From positions 1,048,637 to 1,112,636 of the forward strand of contig NZ_AP027059.1 of NCBI RefSeq assembly GCF_030295325.1: a DNA stretch of 64,000 nucleotides. The letters are read 5' to 3'. Every line of letters starts with the position of its first letter. The stretch's first letter is position 1. The translations under genes and the position numbers were made by a program. The notes under the pieces are model-generated. The model did no database searches and was not told the origin of the DNA. It worked only from the letters and a program-made list of their open reading frames with translations. The stretch is from Haliovirga abyssi. GTDB lineage: Bacteria; Fusobacteriota; Fusobacteriia; Fusobacteriales; Haliovirgaceae. Positions 10,436-20,358 of the stretch are shown here, one piece after another.

Positions 10436-11209
10436 ATGAGAATACATCCAACGGCAATAATTGCCAAGAATGCTAAAATAGATGAAAGCGTAAGTGTAGG
10501 AGCATATAGTGTTATTGGTGATAGCGTTGTAATAAAAAAAGGAACTAAAATTTCAGAACATGTTGTTATCTCAGGAGATACTTTAATTGGAGAAAATAAT
10601 GAAATTTTTCCTTTTGCCTCAATTGGGCAAGCTCCACAAGATTTAAAATATGATGGAGAAAATACTAAATTAATTATAGGAAATAATAATAAAATAAGAG
10701 AATTTGTAACTATTAACAAAGGAACTATTGCATCAGGAAAAACAGTTATTGGAGATAATAATCTGTTTATGGCATATGTTCATATTGCTCATGACTGTAT
10801 TGTTGGAAATAATTGTATTTTTGCAAATGCTGCTACGTTAGGCGGCCATGCTGAAATTGATGATTATGTGGTTATAGGTGGTCTAAGTGGAGTTCATCAA
10901 TTTGTAAAAATAGGTGCAAATGTTATGATCGGAGCTACTTCAGCAATAGTAAAAGATGTTTTACCATATGTAACAATAAAAGGTAGTGAAAATCCAAAAA
11001 TTAGAGGTTTAAATTTAATTGGATTGAAAAGAAGAGGAATTAGTAATGAAGATATAAAGAGTATAAAAGAAGCTTATAAAATGATTTATATGGGTAAAAA
11101 AACTTTGAAAGATTTATTAGTTGAATTAGAAGAAAAATATGAAGGAAATGAATATATAAAATATCTAATAAATTTTGCGAGAAAATCAGAAAGGGGAATT
11201 TATAGATAA
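10436..11209 (+). CDS. lpxA: acyl-ACP--UDP-N-acetylglucosamine O-acyltransferase
   Basis: 257 aa left-handed beta-helix hexapeptide repeats, MRIHPTAII N-terminus. Confidence 0.9.
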   Translation: MRIHPTAIIAKNAKIDESVSVGAYSVIGDSVVIKKGTKISEHVVISGDTLIGENNEIFPFASIGQAPQDLKYDGENTKLIIGNNNKIREFVTINKGTIASGKTVIGDNNLFMAYVHIAHDCIVGNNCIFANAATLGGHAEIDDYVVIGGLSGVHQFVKIGANVMIGATSAIVKDVLPYVTIKGSENPKIRGLNLIGLKRRGISNEDIKSIKEAYKMIYMGKKTLKDLLVELEEKYEGNEYIKYLINFARKSERGIYR

Positions 11210-12015
11210 TGGAAAAAATAGGAATTTTAGTAGGAAATGGAAATCTACCATATTTTTTTTATAAAGCTGCAATTAAATCTGGATATGATGTGTATCCAAT
11301 TGGATTATTTGATAGTGTAAGTTCTAAATTAAAAAAAGCCCCTAATTATATTCAAATTAATATAGGAGAATTAGGGAAATTATTAAGTTATCTGTTATTA
11401 AATAAAGTAGATAAATTGATAATGCTTGGTAAAGTTGAAAAAAGTATAATTTATCAAGATTTAAAATTAGATGAAATGTTTCAAAATTTAATTTCAAAAT
11501 TACCTGACAGAAAAGATGAAACACTTGTATTTGGAATTATGGCTATATTAAAAGAAAATGGTATTGATATTTTGCCACAAAATTTTTTATTAAATCATTT
11601 TGTAGCAGAAGAAAAACAATATACAACTTTAGGTATAGAAAATGAAGATGATAAAAAAAGCATTGAAATAGGAATAGAAGCTGCTAAAACATTGGGGAAA
11701 CTTGATGTAGGGCAAACAGTTGTTGTGAATAAAAAAGCTGTAGTAGCTCTTGAAGCAATAGAAGGAACTGATGAGACAATAAAAAGAGCTGGAGTCTTCT
11801 CTGGAAATAATTGTATAATAGTAAAAACTTCTAGACCACAACAAGATATGAGGGTAGATGTTCCTGCAATTGGTCTTAATACTCTTGAAGAAGCTATAAA
11901 AATAAAAGCAAAAGGTATTGTGATAGAAGCTGGGAAAGTGTTAATTTTAGATAAAGAGAAATTAATAAAAAAGGCTAATGAAAATAATATGTTTATAGTA
12001 GGAGTTGTTATTTAA
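11209..12015 (+). CDS. lpxI: LpxI-family (DUF1009) protein, putative UDP-2,3-diacylglucosamine hydrolase
   Basis: 268 aa between lpxA and lpxB, ATGA-coupled to both; sequence character and position match LpxI/DUF1009; no lpxH in the block. Confidence 0.6.
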   Translation: MEKIGILVGNGNLPYFFYKAAIKSGYDVYPIGLFDSVSSKLKKAPNYIQINIGELGKLLSYLLLNKVDKLIMLGKVEKSIIYQDLKLDEMFQNLISKLPDRKDETLVFGIMAILKENGIDILPQNFLLNHFVAEEKQYTTLGIENEDDKKSIEIGIEAAKTLGKLDVGQTVVVNKKAVVALEAIEGTDETIKRAGVFSGNNCIIVKTSRPQQDMRVDVPAIGLNTLEEAIKIKAKGIVIEAGKVLILDKEKLIKKANENNMFIVGVVI

Positions 12016-13097
12016 TGAATTTTTTTGTATCAGCAGGAGAAATTTCTGGAGATATTCATTTATCATATTTGGTAGAAGAGATAAAAAAAATTAATTTAAA
12101 TACTAAATTTTATGGAATGTGTGGAAAATATTCTGAAAAAGTTGGAGTAAATATTGTCGAGAATATCGACAATATTTCTATTATGGGGTTTGTAGATGTA
12201 ATTTTTAAATATAAAGAGTTAAAAAAAAGATTAAATAGATTTATAAATTTTATTGATGAAAATAATATTAAAAATATTATTTTAGTTGATTATGGTGGAT
12301 TTAATTTAGCTCTCCTAAAGAAACTAAAAGAAAGAGAAAAATCAACAAAAAAAAAGTATAAAGTTTTTTATTATATTCCTCCTAAACTATGGGTTTGGGG
12401 AGAAAAAAGAATAAAAAAACTTAATTTAGCTGATTTTATATTATCTATTTTACCTTGGGAAGAGGAGTTTTATAAAAAACATAATAGAGAAATAGTATAT
12501 TATGGGAATCCATTAGTAGATAAATTTAAATTTAATTATAATAAAAATGCTGATAAAATATTATTGTTACCAGGAAGTAGAAAGCAAGAAATTGTTTCTT
12601 TACTTCCTGAAATGCTAAAAATAGTAAAAATAAATAGTGAAAAAAAATTCATATTAAAATTGGCCAATAAAGAAAGTTTAGATTGGATAGAAATACCAAA
12701 ATATGATAATTTAGAAATAGTTATAGATGTAACTTTAATGGATGTTAGCAGAGATATAAAATTTGCAATTGCTGCATCTGGAACAGTTACTTTAGAACTA
12801 GCTTTGATAGGGATTCCAACTATAGTTGGTTATAAAATATCTATTTTAAATGAAATTATAGCAAAACTATTAATAGATTATAAATATGTTTCATTGCCAA
12901 ATATAACTTTAGATAAAGAAATTTTTCCAGAACTATTACAAAATAAATTTAATGTTAAAAATATAGAAAAAAGTATAGAATATATAGAAAATAATATAGA
13001 AAATATATTGGATGATTTAAAAAGTGTAAGAGAAAAATTAGGTAAAAGAGATATAGTAAAAAAATATGCTAAATTTATAATTGGAAAAATTGATTAG
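12015..13097 (+). CDS. lpxB: lipid-A-disaccharide synthase
   Basis: 360 aa; N-terminal FVSAGEISGD motif of LpxB glycosyltransferase. Confidence 0.9.
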   Translation: MNFFVSAGEISGDIHLSYLVEEIKKINLNTKFYGMCGKYSEKVGVNIVENIDNISIMGFVDVIFKYKELKKRLNRFINFIDENNIKNIILVDYGGFNLALLKKLKEREKSTKKKYKVFYYIPPKLWVWGEKRIKKLNLADFILSILPWEEEFYKKHNREIVYYGNPLVDKFKFNYNKNADKILLLPGSRKQEIVSLLPEMLKIVKINSEKKFILKLANKESLDWIEIPKYDNLEIVIDVTLMDVSRDIKFAIAASGTVTLELALIGIPTIVGYKISILNEIIAKLLIDYKYVSLPNITLDKEIFPELLQNKFNVKNIEKSIEYIENNIENILDDLKSVREKLGKRDIVKKYAKFIIGKID

Positions 13098-13110
13098 AAT
13101 ATGATTCTTA

Positions 13111-13181
13111 TTTAGGAATGGATTAAAAATAATAAAATATAAGAAACTTATTTTTTAAACGTTCTTTAGGAATGATTGATT
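13111..13181. repeat. copy b of the ~35-bp AT-rich motif (core 13137-13171) flanked by direct repeats TTTAGGAATGGATT / TTTAGGAATGATTGATT
   Basis: ATATAAGAAACTTATTTTTTAAACGTTCTTTAGGA identical to copy c; upstream TTAGGAA(T/C)GGATTAAAAATAA also matches copy a. Confidence 0.7.
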
Positions 13182-13263
13182 TTCTTTTTGTTGTTGTATG
13201 GCATTATTAACACATTATAAGATATGAGAAATTTATTTTTAAATATTTCTAAAAGGAGATAAT

Positions 13264-14103
13264 ATGAGAATAATTGAAACATCAAAAATAGTAGAAGAAG
13301 TTGAAAAATTATGTATAAATTCTAACTATTATTTAGGAGAGGATATAATTTTTAAATATAAAGAAGGAATAACAAAAGAAGAATCAGAAACTGGAAAAGA
13401 AATTTTCGAACAACTTTATGAAAATGCAAAGATAGCTAAAGATTTTAAAAAACCAATTTGTCAAGATACAGGAATGGCTGTAGTATTTGTTGAATTAGGC
13501 GAAGAAGTACATATTAATGGAAATTTAGAAACAGCTATAAATGAAGGTGTCGCAAAAGGATATAAAAAAGGATATTTGAGGAAATCGATTGTAAAAGACC
13601 CTCTTTTTAGAGAAAATACAAATGATAATACACCTGCAGTTATTCATATATCAATTGTAAAAGGTGATAAATTAAAAATAGTTGTAGCTCCTAAAGGTTT
13701 TGGAAGCGAAAATATGAGTCAAATAAAAATGTTTCCACCAGCAGCTGGAGTAGAAGGAATAAAAGAATTTGTATTAAAAGTAGTAGAAGAAGCTGGACCT
13801 AATCCATGCCCGCCAATTATAGTAGGAGTTGGAATTGGTGGAAATTTTGAACATAGTGCTTTGTTGGCTAAAAAAGCACTGTTAAGAAATATTGGGGACA
13901 GAAATAAGAATAGTTATTATTCAGAATTAGAAATTGAGTTATTAGAAAAAATTAACAGATTAGGAATTGGACCTCAAGGTTTTGGAGGGAAAATAACAGC
14001 ATTAGACCTATTTATAGAAACATATCCTACGCATATCGCAGGAATGCCTGTGGCAGTTAATATTGGATGTCATGTAAATAGACATAAGGAAGTGTTAATA
14101 TGA
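13264..14103 (+). CDS. Fe-S hydro-lyase alpha subunit (class I fumarate hydratase / L(+)-tartrate dehydratase family)
   Basis: 279 aa; CQDTGMAVVF and Cys-containing catalytic N-terminal domain of two-subunit class I fumarase. Confidence 0.85.
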   Translation: MRIIETSKIVEEVEKLCINSNYYLGEDIIFKYKEGITKEESETGKEIFEQLYENAKIAKDFKKPICQDTGMAVVFVELGEEVHINGNLETAINEGVAKGYKKGYLRKSIVKDPLFRENTNDNTPAVIHISIVKGDKLKIVVAPKGFGSENMSQIKMFPPAAGVEGIKEFVLKVVEEAGPNPCPPIIVGVGIGGNFEHSALLAKKALLRNIGDRNKNSYYSELEIELLEKINRLGIGPQGFGGKITALDLFIETYPTHIAGMPVAVNIGCHVNRHKEVLI

Positions 14104-14672
14104 ATGAAAAATCAGTAAAAAAAACGGTTAAATTAACTACACCATTAAAAAATGAAGATTTGGTAAATTTAAAAATTGGAGATAAAATTTTATTAACTGG
14201 AATTATTTATACTGGAAGAGATGCAGCACATCAAAAATTTATAGATACATTAAATAGAGGAGAAAAATTACCATTTGAAATAGAGGGCTCCGTGATATAC
14301 TATGTAGGACCTGCGCCAGCAAAACCAGGTGAAGTAATAGGTTCTGCTGGACCAACTACAAGCTATAGAATGGATAAATTTGCACCTGAATTAATAAAAT
14401 TAGGATTAAAAGGAATGATTGGAAAAGGAAAAAGAAGTAAAGAGGTCATTGAAGCTTGTAAAAAATATAAATCTGTTTATTTTGGAGCAACTGGTGGAGC
14501 AGCAGCATTAATTGCATCAAGAATAAAAAGCAGTAAAATTATTGCATATGAAGATCTAGGCCCTGAAGCAGTTAGAGAAATGTATGTGGAAGATTTTCCA
14601 ATGATAGTAGTAAATAATACATCTGGGGAAGACTTATATGAGGAGGGAAAAAGGAAATGGAAGGAATTATGA
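14100..14672 (+). CDS. Fe-S hydro-lyase beta subunit (class I fumarate hydratase family)
   Basis: 190 aa; ATGA-coupled to alpha subunit; typical beta-subunit sequence ([23 protein letters not shown]). Confidence 0.85.
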   Translation: MNEKSVKKTVKLTTPLKNEDLVNLKIGDKILLTGIIYTGRDAAHQKFIDTLNRGEKLPFEIEGSVIYYVGPAPAKPGEVIGSAGPTTSYRMDKFAPELIKLGLKGMIGKGKRSKEVIEACKKYKSVYFGATGGAAALIASRIKSSKIIAYEDLGPEAVREMYVEDFPMIVVNNTSGEDLYEEGKRKWKEL

Positions 14673-15406
14673 TAGAAAGAGATGACAAAAGAGCATTAAA
14701 TGAATTGAGGAATATAAAAATAACAACAAATTATATAAAATATCCAGAAGGTTCTGTTTTGATTGAATGTGGAGATACAAAGGTTATATGTAATGCAACA
14801 GTAAATGATAAGGTGCCACCATTTTTAAGAGGAAAAGGGAAAGGATGGATTACAGCAGAATATTCTATGCTTCCTAGAGCGACTGGAACAAGAAATATGA
14901 GAGAATCTGCAAAAGGTAAACTTAGTGGAAGAACTATGGAAATACAAAGATTAATAGGAAGAGCTTTGAGAACAGGAATTGATTTGGATAAATTGGGCGA
15001 AAAAACGATTATAGTTGATTGTGATGTTATTCAAGCCGATGGGGGAACAAGAACCGCTTCTATAACTGGAGGGTATATTGCACTTGCACTTGCAATAGAT
15101 AATCTTATGAAAAAAAATAGATTAAAAGAAAATCCTTTACTTGGAAATGTAGCAGCAATAAGTGTTGGAATAGTTAAAGGAGAACCTATGTTAGACCTTA
15201 AATATTCAGAAGATTCAGTTGCTGAGGTAGATATGAATGTGATTATGAATTCAAAAAATGAATTTGTAGAAGTGCAAGGAACTGGAGAAGAAGCAACTTT
15301 TGATAGAACTGAATTGAATAAAATGTTGGATTTGGCAGAAAAAGGGATTAAAGAATTAATAGATATACAAAATCAAGCTATTGGTGAGGGGATAAATGAA
15401 ATATAA
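14657..15406 (+). CDS. rph: ribonuclease PH
   Basis: 249 aa; RNase PH signature (RALNELR...GDTKVIC...[18 protein letters not shown]); alternative ATG at 14669 also possible. Confidence 0.9.
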   Translation: MEGIMIERDDKRALNELRNIKITTNYIKYPEGSVLIECGDTKVICNATVNDKVPPFLRGKGKGWITAEYSMLPRATGTRNMRESAKGKLSGRTMEIQRLIGRALRTGIDLDKLGEKTIIVDCDVIQADGGTRTASITGGYIALALAIDNLMKKNRLKENPLLGNVAAISVGIVKGEPMLDLKYSEDSVAEVDMNVIMNSKNEFVEVQGTGEEATFDRTELNKMLDLAEKGIKELIDIQNQAIGEGINEI

Positions 15407-16001
15407 AATTTTTCTTGCAACTAAAAACAGAGGGAAAATAGATGAATTTAAAGATATTTTTAAAAAATATAATAATATAGAACTGTTATCAATGTTAGAT
15501 GGATATGAATTTCATGATGTAATAGAAGATAAAGAGACTTTTGAAGAAAATAGTCAAAAAAAAGCATTGGAGATTGCAAAAGTTGTAAAAATGTTTGTGA
15601 TATCAGACGATTCCGGACTTGAAGTTAAAGCTTTAGATGGAAGACCTGGAGTTTATTCAGCAAGATATTCAGGTGAAAATGCTACAGATGAAACAAATAA
15701 TAAAAAGCTTTTGAAAGAGATGAAAGATAAAACAGAGCGAGAGGGGAAATATATTTCAGCAATAACAATTGCTTCTCCTAGTGGTAAATATAGAACATAT
15801 GTAGGAGAAATAAAAGGAAAAATATTAGATAAAGAAGTTGGAAATAAAGGTTTTGGATATGATCCGCTATTTTATGTGGAAGAATATAAAAAAACTTTTG
15901 GAGAATTAGATGAAAAATTAAAAAATAATATTAGCCATAGAGCAAATGCTATGAAAAAACTTGATAAAGAAATTTTAGAATTTTTAAAGGCAGGTGAATA
16001 A
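15396..16001 (+). CDS. rdgB: non-canonical purine NTP pyrophosphatase (XTP/dITP diphosphatase, RdgB/HAM1)
   Basis: 201 aa; [12 protein letters not shown]..., FGYDPLF motif; standard rph-rdgB pairing. Confidence 0.9.
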   Translation: MKYKIFLATKNRGKIDEFKDIFKKYNNIELLSMLDGYEFHDVIEDKETFEENSQKKALEIAKVVKMFVISDDSGLEVKALDGRPGVYSARYSGENATDETNNKKLLKEMKDKTEREGKYISAITIASPSGKYRTYVGEIKGKILDKEVGNKGFGYDPLFYVEEYKKTFGELDEKLKNNISHRANAMKKLDKEILEFLKAGE

Positions 16002-16003
16002 TT

Positions 16004-17476
16004 ATGAAATATATTAGTACAAGAGGTAATTATAAAAAAGTGAACTCTGCAGAAGCTATAAAACTTGGGATGGTACCAGAAGGTGGACTTTTTGTGCCAG
16101 AAAGTATACCAAAATTAAATTTGGAAGATTTAAAAAATATTTCAAAAGAAAATTATCAAGAGATAGCAAAAAAAATATTATCTTTATTTTTGACAGATTT
16201 TGATTCTAAAGAAATTAGCGAAATTGTAAATAATTCATATGGTGAAAATTTTGATACAAAAGATGTCACTCCATTAGTAAAGATTAAAGATAATTTGTAT
16301 ATATTAGAGCTTTGGCATGGTCCAACAGCTGCATTTAAAGATATGGCACTTCAAATGTTGCCACATTTAATGCTAAAATCAAAAGAAAAAGTTGGAACAG
16401 ACAAAACTACACTTATATTGGTGGCTACATCAGGGGATACAGGAAAAGCTGCTTTAGAAGGATTTAAAGATATAGATGGAATAGAGATAATAGTATTTTT
16501 CCCAGAAGAAGGTGTAAGCAAAGTTCAAGAATTACAAATGAGGACTACAACTGGAATAAATACAAAAGTTATTGGTATCAATGGTAATTTTGATGACTGT
16601 CAAACAGGAGTTAAAAATATTTTTTCGGATAAAATTTTAGCAACTGAGTTAGCTAAAAAAGGATATGAATTATCATCAGCTAATTCTATAAATTGGGGAA
16701 GACTTTTGCCACAAATAATATATTATTTTAAAGCATATTTTGAATTAGTAAATAACGATAAAATAAAAATTGGAGAAAAAGTAAATTTTTCTGTACCAAC
16801 TGGAAATTTTGGAAATATATTAGCAGGATATTATGCTAAAGAGATTGGGCTACCTGTTAATAAATTTATATGTGCTTCAAATAAAAATAAAGTGTTATCA
16901 GATTTTATTAATACAGGAGAATATAATAAAAATAGAGATTTTTATAAAACTATGTCTCCTTCAATGGATATTCTAATATCATCTAATTTAGAAAGATTTT
17001 TATTTGAAATAACAGGACATAATTCAGAAAAAATTGATAATTGGTATAAAGAATTAAATAAAACTGGAAAATTTAATGTAGATGATGAAACTAAAAACAA
17101 AATAAATAAAATTATGGTTGCTGGATTCGCAAGTGAAGATGAAACAGAAGAAACTATATCTAAAATTTATTCTGAAACAAATTATTTGTTAGATACACAT
17201 ACAGCAGTTGGAGTTAAAGTGGTAAATAATTATAATTTAGATGGAAAAACAATAGTTGATTCTACAGCTAATCCGTATAAATTTACAGGAAATGTATTAA
17301 AAGCATTAACTGGAGAAAGTGAAAAAGATGAATTTGTAGCAATAGATAAACTAAATGAAAAAACAAAAGTAGAAATACATAGAGCGGTAAAAGGGTTAGA
17401 TAAGAAAGAGATATTACATAATGAAACTATTAGAAAAGATGAGATGAAGGATGTAGTAGTGAAAAGTGTAAAATAA
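16004..17476 (+). CDS. thrC: threonine synthase (long form)
   Basis: 490 aa; PLP-lysine motif FKDMALQ and TSGDTGKAA. Confidence 0.9.
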   Translation: MKYISTRGNYKKVNSAEAIKLGMVPEGGLFVPESIPKLNLEDLKNISKENYQEIAKKILSLFLTDFDSKEISEIVNNSYGENFDTKDVTPLVKIKDNLYILELWHGPTAAFKDMALQMLPHLMLKSKEKVGTDKTTLILVATSGDTGKAALEGFKDIDGIEIIVFFPEEGVSKVQELQMRTTTGINTKVIGINGNFDDCQTGVKNIFSDKILATELAKKGYELSSANSINWGRLLPQIIYYFKAYFELVNNDKIKIGEKVNFSVPTGNFGNILAGYYAKEIGLPVNKFICASNKNKVLSDFINTGEYNKNRDFYKTMSPSMDILISSNLERFLFEITGHNSEKIDNWYKELNKTGKFNVDDETKNKINKIMVAGFASEDETEETISKIYSETNYLLDTHTAVGVKVVNNYNLDGKTIVDSTANPYKFTGNVLKALTGESEKDEFVAIDKLNEKTKVEIHRAVKGLDKKEILHNETIRKDEMKDVVVKSVK

Positions 17477-17539
17477 AATTAGGCGAAAAGAGCTCATTTC
17501 CAATGTGGTTAAGTATTGGATTTTGGTTTAGTGGCTTAT

Positions 17540-17645
17540 AGACCTCATCCCCCAACCCCTTCTCCTAACTTAGGAGAAGGGGAGTTAAATAACAAAAAAG
17601 TCCTCTCCTAAGTTAGGAGAGGATTTAGGTGATGCCTGAAAATGG
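17540..17645 (+). repeat. 106-nt GC-rich structured element, copy 1 (candidate ncRNA / REP-like element)
   Basis: Perfect 13-bp hairpin CCCCTTCTCCTAA-c-TTAGGAGAAGGGG, second 9-bp hairpin CCTCTCCTAAgTTAGGAGAGG, outer AGACCTCATC...GGTGATGCCT complementarity; ~85% identical to 59207-59312. Confidence 0.75.
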
Positions 17646-17662
17646 ATAGAATTATATTAAAG

Positions 17663-17707
17663 AAGTGTTTTTGAAGAAATTATTTTCTTTGGAAACACTT
17701 TTTTTAA
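17663..17707 (+). terminator. rho-independent terminator (17-bp interrupted stem, 4-nt loop, T7 run)
   Basis: AAGTGTTTTTGAAGAAA-ttat-TTTCTTTGGAAACACTT then TTTTTTT. Confidence 0.7.
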
Positions 17708-17750
17708 TACAATTTTTTATCATGTGGTAAAAAAGTTTTTATTATTACTG

Positions 17751-17779
17751 TTGACAATTCGTTCAAAAAGAGGTACTAT
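17751..17779 (+). promoter_or_regulatory. sigma70-type promoter (TTGACA-17-TACTAT) for the sigma54-type activator gene
   Basis: Consensus -35 and near-consensus -10 with 17-nt spacing, 32 nt upstream of ATG 17811. Confidence 0.55.
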
Positions 17780-17810
17780 TTTAACATACCAAAATAGGGC
17801 GGTGATCGAA

Positions 17811-19178
17811 ATGGATATATCGAAGAAAATATTAAATAGTATAAGTGAAGGAGTTTTTACAATAAATGATGAATGGAAAATAACTTCTTTTAATAAAGCA
17901 GCTGAAAAAATAACTGGTTATAAAAGAGAAGAAGTGATGGGAAAATATTGTAAAAATATATTTAAGAGTAATAAATGTAGTAAAGGTTGTCCTATGCTTG
18001 AAGTTATAGAGTATGATGAGCCAAAAGAAGAAAAAAGTGAAATGAATATAATTGACAAAGCAGGTAAAATAGTGCCAATAAGAGTTAAAAATTATTCTTT
18101 GAAAAATTCTGTTGGAGAAACCATTGGTGGAATTGAACTATTTGAAGATATACGAGAGATTATAGAACTGAAAAAGAGATTAAACGAAGAAAAAACTATT
18201 ATAAGAGAATCAGATAAAATGGAAAAAATAATCGAATTAGCTAATGTTGCTTCCAAGTCGGATTCTACAATATTAATAACTGGAGAGACTGGAACAGGTA
18301 AAGAAGTTATAGCTAATTATATTTATAAAAATAGTGAAAGAAAAAACAGACCTTTTATAAAATTAAATTGTGCAGCACTGCCAGGAAGTGTTTTAGAATC
18401 GGAGCTTTTTGGGTATGAAAAAGGAGCTTTTACAGGGGCTGTAAAAACTAAAAAAGGATATTTTGAATTAGCGGATAAAGGAACAATATTTTTGGATGAA
18501 ATAGGAGAATTAGAATATGGATTTCAAGCTAAGTTATTGAGAGTATTGCAAGAAGGAGAATTTTATAGAATTGGAGGGGAAAAGTTAGTAAAAGTAGATA
18601 TTAGAATTATAGCAGCTACAAATAAAGATTTAAAAAAAGAGGTTGTTGAGAAAAAATTTAGGGAGGATCTTTATTATAGATTGAATATATTTAATTTGCA
18701 TATGCCTGCATTAAGAGATAGAAAAGAAGATATATTACCTTTGGTGTATAGTTTTATAAATAAATTCAAAGTTAAATTTGAAAAAAATATAATGGGTATT
18801 TCAAAAGATGCTTTAAATGTTTTGGTTAATTATAGTTATCCTGGTAATATTCGGGAATTGGAAAATATTATTGAACATAGTTTTATAGTTGCTAAAAATA
18901 ATATGATTATGGTTGGAGACTGGCCAAATAATTTGGTAGAGAATAAATCTATTAAAAATAATGTGGAAAATGAAATTAAACAAAATGATAAGCTTGTCGA
19001 ATTGAATGAAAATATTGAAATAAAGCCTTTAGATGAATTTGAAAAAGAATATATTTTGGGAGTTCTTAAAAAATTTGAAGGAAATAAGGCAAAGACTGCA
19101 AGAGAATTAAAAATTGATATAAAAAAATTGTATAGGCGATTAGAAAAATGGAGAAAAAATAGTCAAAACGGCATGTAG
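17811..19178 (+). CDS. sigma-54-dependent transcriptional activator (PAS sensor with Cys cluster, AAA+ sigma54-interaction domain, Fis-type HTH)
   Basis: Walker A TGETGTGKE, GAFTGA motif (ESELFGYEKGAFTGA), C-terminal HTH KAKTARELKIDIKKLYRRL; N-terminal PAS with CKNIFKSNKCSKGCP; ORF-track start 17724 rejected because it overlaps the promoter. Confidence 0.85.
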   Translation: MDISKKILNSISEGVFTINDEWKITSFNKAAEKITGYKREEVMGKYCKNIFKSNKCSKGCPMLEVIEYDEPKEEKSEMNIIDKAGKIVPIRVKNYSLKNSVGETIGGIELFEDIREIIELKKRLNEEKTIIRESDKMEKIIELANVASKSDSTILITGETGTGKEVIANYIYKNSERKNRPFIKLNCAALPGSVLESELFGYEKGAFTGAVKTKKGYFELADKGTIFLDEIGELEYGFQAKLLRVLQEGEFYRIGGEKLVKVDIRIIAATNKDLKKEVVEKKFREDLYYRLNIFNLHMPALRDRKEDILPLVYSFINKFKVKFEKNIMGISKDALNVLVNYSYPGNIRELENIIEHSFIVAKNNMIMVGDWPNNLVENKSIKNNVENEIKQNDKLVELNENIEIKPLDEFEKEYILGVLKKFEGNKAKTARELKIDIKKLYRRLEKWRKNSQNGM

Positions 19179-19342
19179 GTGCATAAAGGTATGCTGTTTT
19201 GGGATGGTATCTATATAAAGAATGTTTTATTTCAAATTAATAATTGATATTTATGAAATAGAATTGCTATAAGTAAGTTATTAAGAAAGTAAGTAATTAA
19301 TTTAAATATAGTAAAAAATAAAATTAGGGAGGTTAAAAAAAT

Positions 19343-19825
19343 ATGATATTTTTATATATTTTGACTTTAGTTGCAGTGTTAATATCATTTTTAATTAATG
19401 CAAAGAAAACAAAGAAAGCTGTAATTATGGGAGTGAAAAAATTATGGAAAATAACTCCAGCATTTATTGCGATTATTATAGTGGTATCAATTGTTTTATA
19501 TTTAGTACCAAAGGAAATGATCGTTCATTATCTTGGTGGATCAAATACATATTTTGGAATGATTTTGGCTTTAATAATTGGGACAATAACAGTTTTACCA
19601 GGTCCTATAGTATATCCTCTTTGTGGAATACTTCTTGAGCAAGGAGTGTCATATGGTGTTATTGCTGCATTTTCAGTTTCTCTTATGCTTGTAGGAGTAT
19701 TATCGTTTCCGGTTGAAAGTGCTTATTTTGGTAAAAAATTTGCTGTTTTAAGAAATTTAACAAGTCTTTTTATTGCTGTTGTTGTAGCGTTGGTATTTGC
19801 ATTTTTAAATGGGAGGTTATCATGA
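19343..19825 (+). CDS. small integral membrane protein (4-5 TM), possible half of a split permease
   Basis: 160 aa hydrophobic, SD GGGAGG 19326-19331. Confidence 0.6.
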   Translation: MIFLYILTLVAVLISFLINAKKTKKAVIMGVKKLWKITPAFIAIIIVVSIVLYLVPKEMIVHYLGGSNTYFGMILALIIGTITVLPGPIVYPLCGILLEQGVSYGVIAAFSVSLMLVGVLSFPVESAYFGKKFAVLRNLTSLFIAVVVALVFAFLNGRLS

Positions 19826-20358
19826 AAAAATCAAAAAATAATAAGATTAAAAAAATTATTTTTGCTCTGTTTTTTATTTTTATATCTTTTTCTTATTTTA
19901 TAAAATTTACTCCAGGTGTTTTAGTAGGTAAAAATTTTATTGATTTTGCACTTCAAATGATTGAAATGTTACCACCGATATTTATATTAGTTGGGCTTTT
20001 TGATGTATGGGTAAAAAAAGAAACTATAGAAAAACATTTAGGTAAAGATGGTGGGTTTAAAAGCTATATTTTGGTTTTTATATTGGCAGCTCCAATGGCT
20101 GGAGGGCTTCTAGCAGCGTTTCCAATTGCATATGCTATCTATAAAAAAGGAGCAAGGCTTACAGTTATGCTTGTTTTTTTAGGTGCTGTTGGGATAGGAC
20201 GTGTTCCTATGGTTCTTTTTGAAGCTTCATTTTTGGGAATAAAGTTTAGTGCTATTCGTTTAATTGTATCTATTCCTCTTGTAATTATTACAGGAGTTAT
20301 GTTAGGAAGAGCATTGGAAAAAAGAGAATATAAATTACCTGAAAATAATCAAAATTAA
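19822..20358 (+). CDS. small integral membrane protein (about 5 TM), possible second half of split permease
   Basis: 178 aa, ATGA-coupled to preceding gene. Confidence 0.6.
   Translation: MKKSKNNKIKKIIFALFFIFISFSYFIKFTPGVLVGKNFIDFALQMIEMLPPIFILVGLFDVWVKKETIEKHLGKDGGFKSYILVFILAAPMAGGLLAAFPIAYAIYKKGARLTVMLVFLGAVGIGRVPMVLFEASFLGIKFSAIRLIVSIPLVIITGVMLGRALEKREYKLPENNQN

Noticed and set aside
19444-19638. + strand 64-aa ORF inside the 19343-19825 membrane protein gene
   Set aside because: It is an alternate frame inside a longer, hydrophobic, SD-preceded ORF. It has no independent support.
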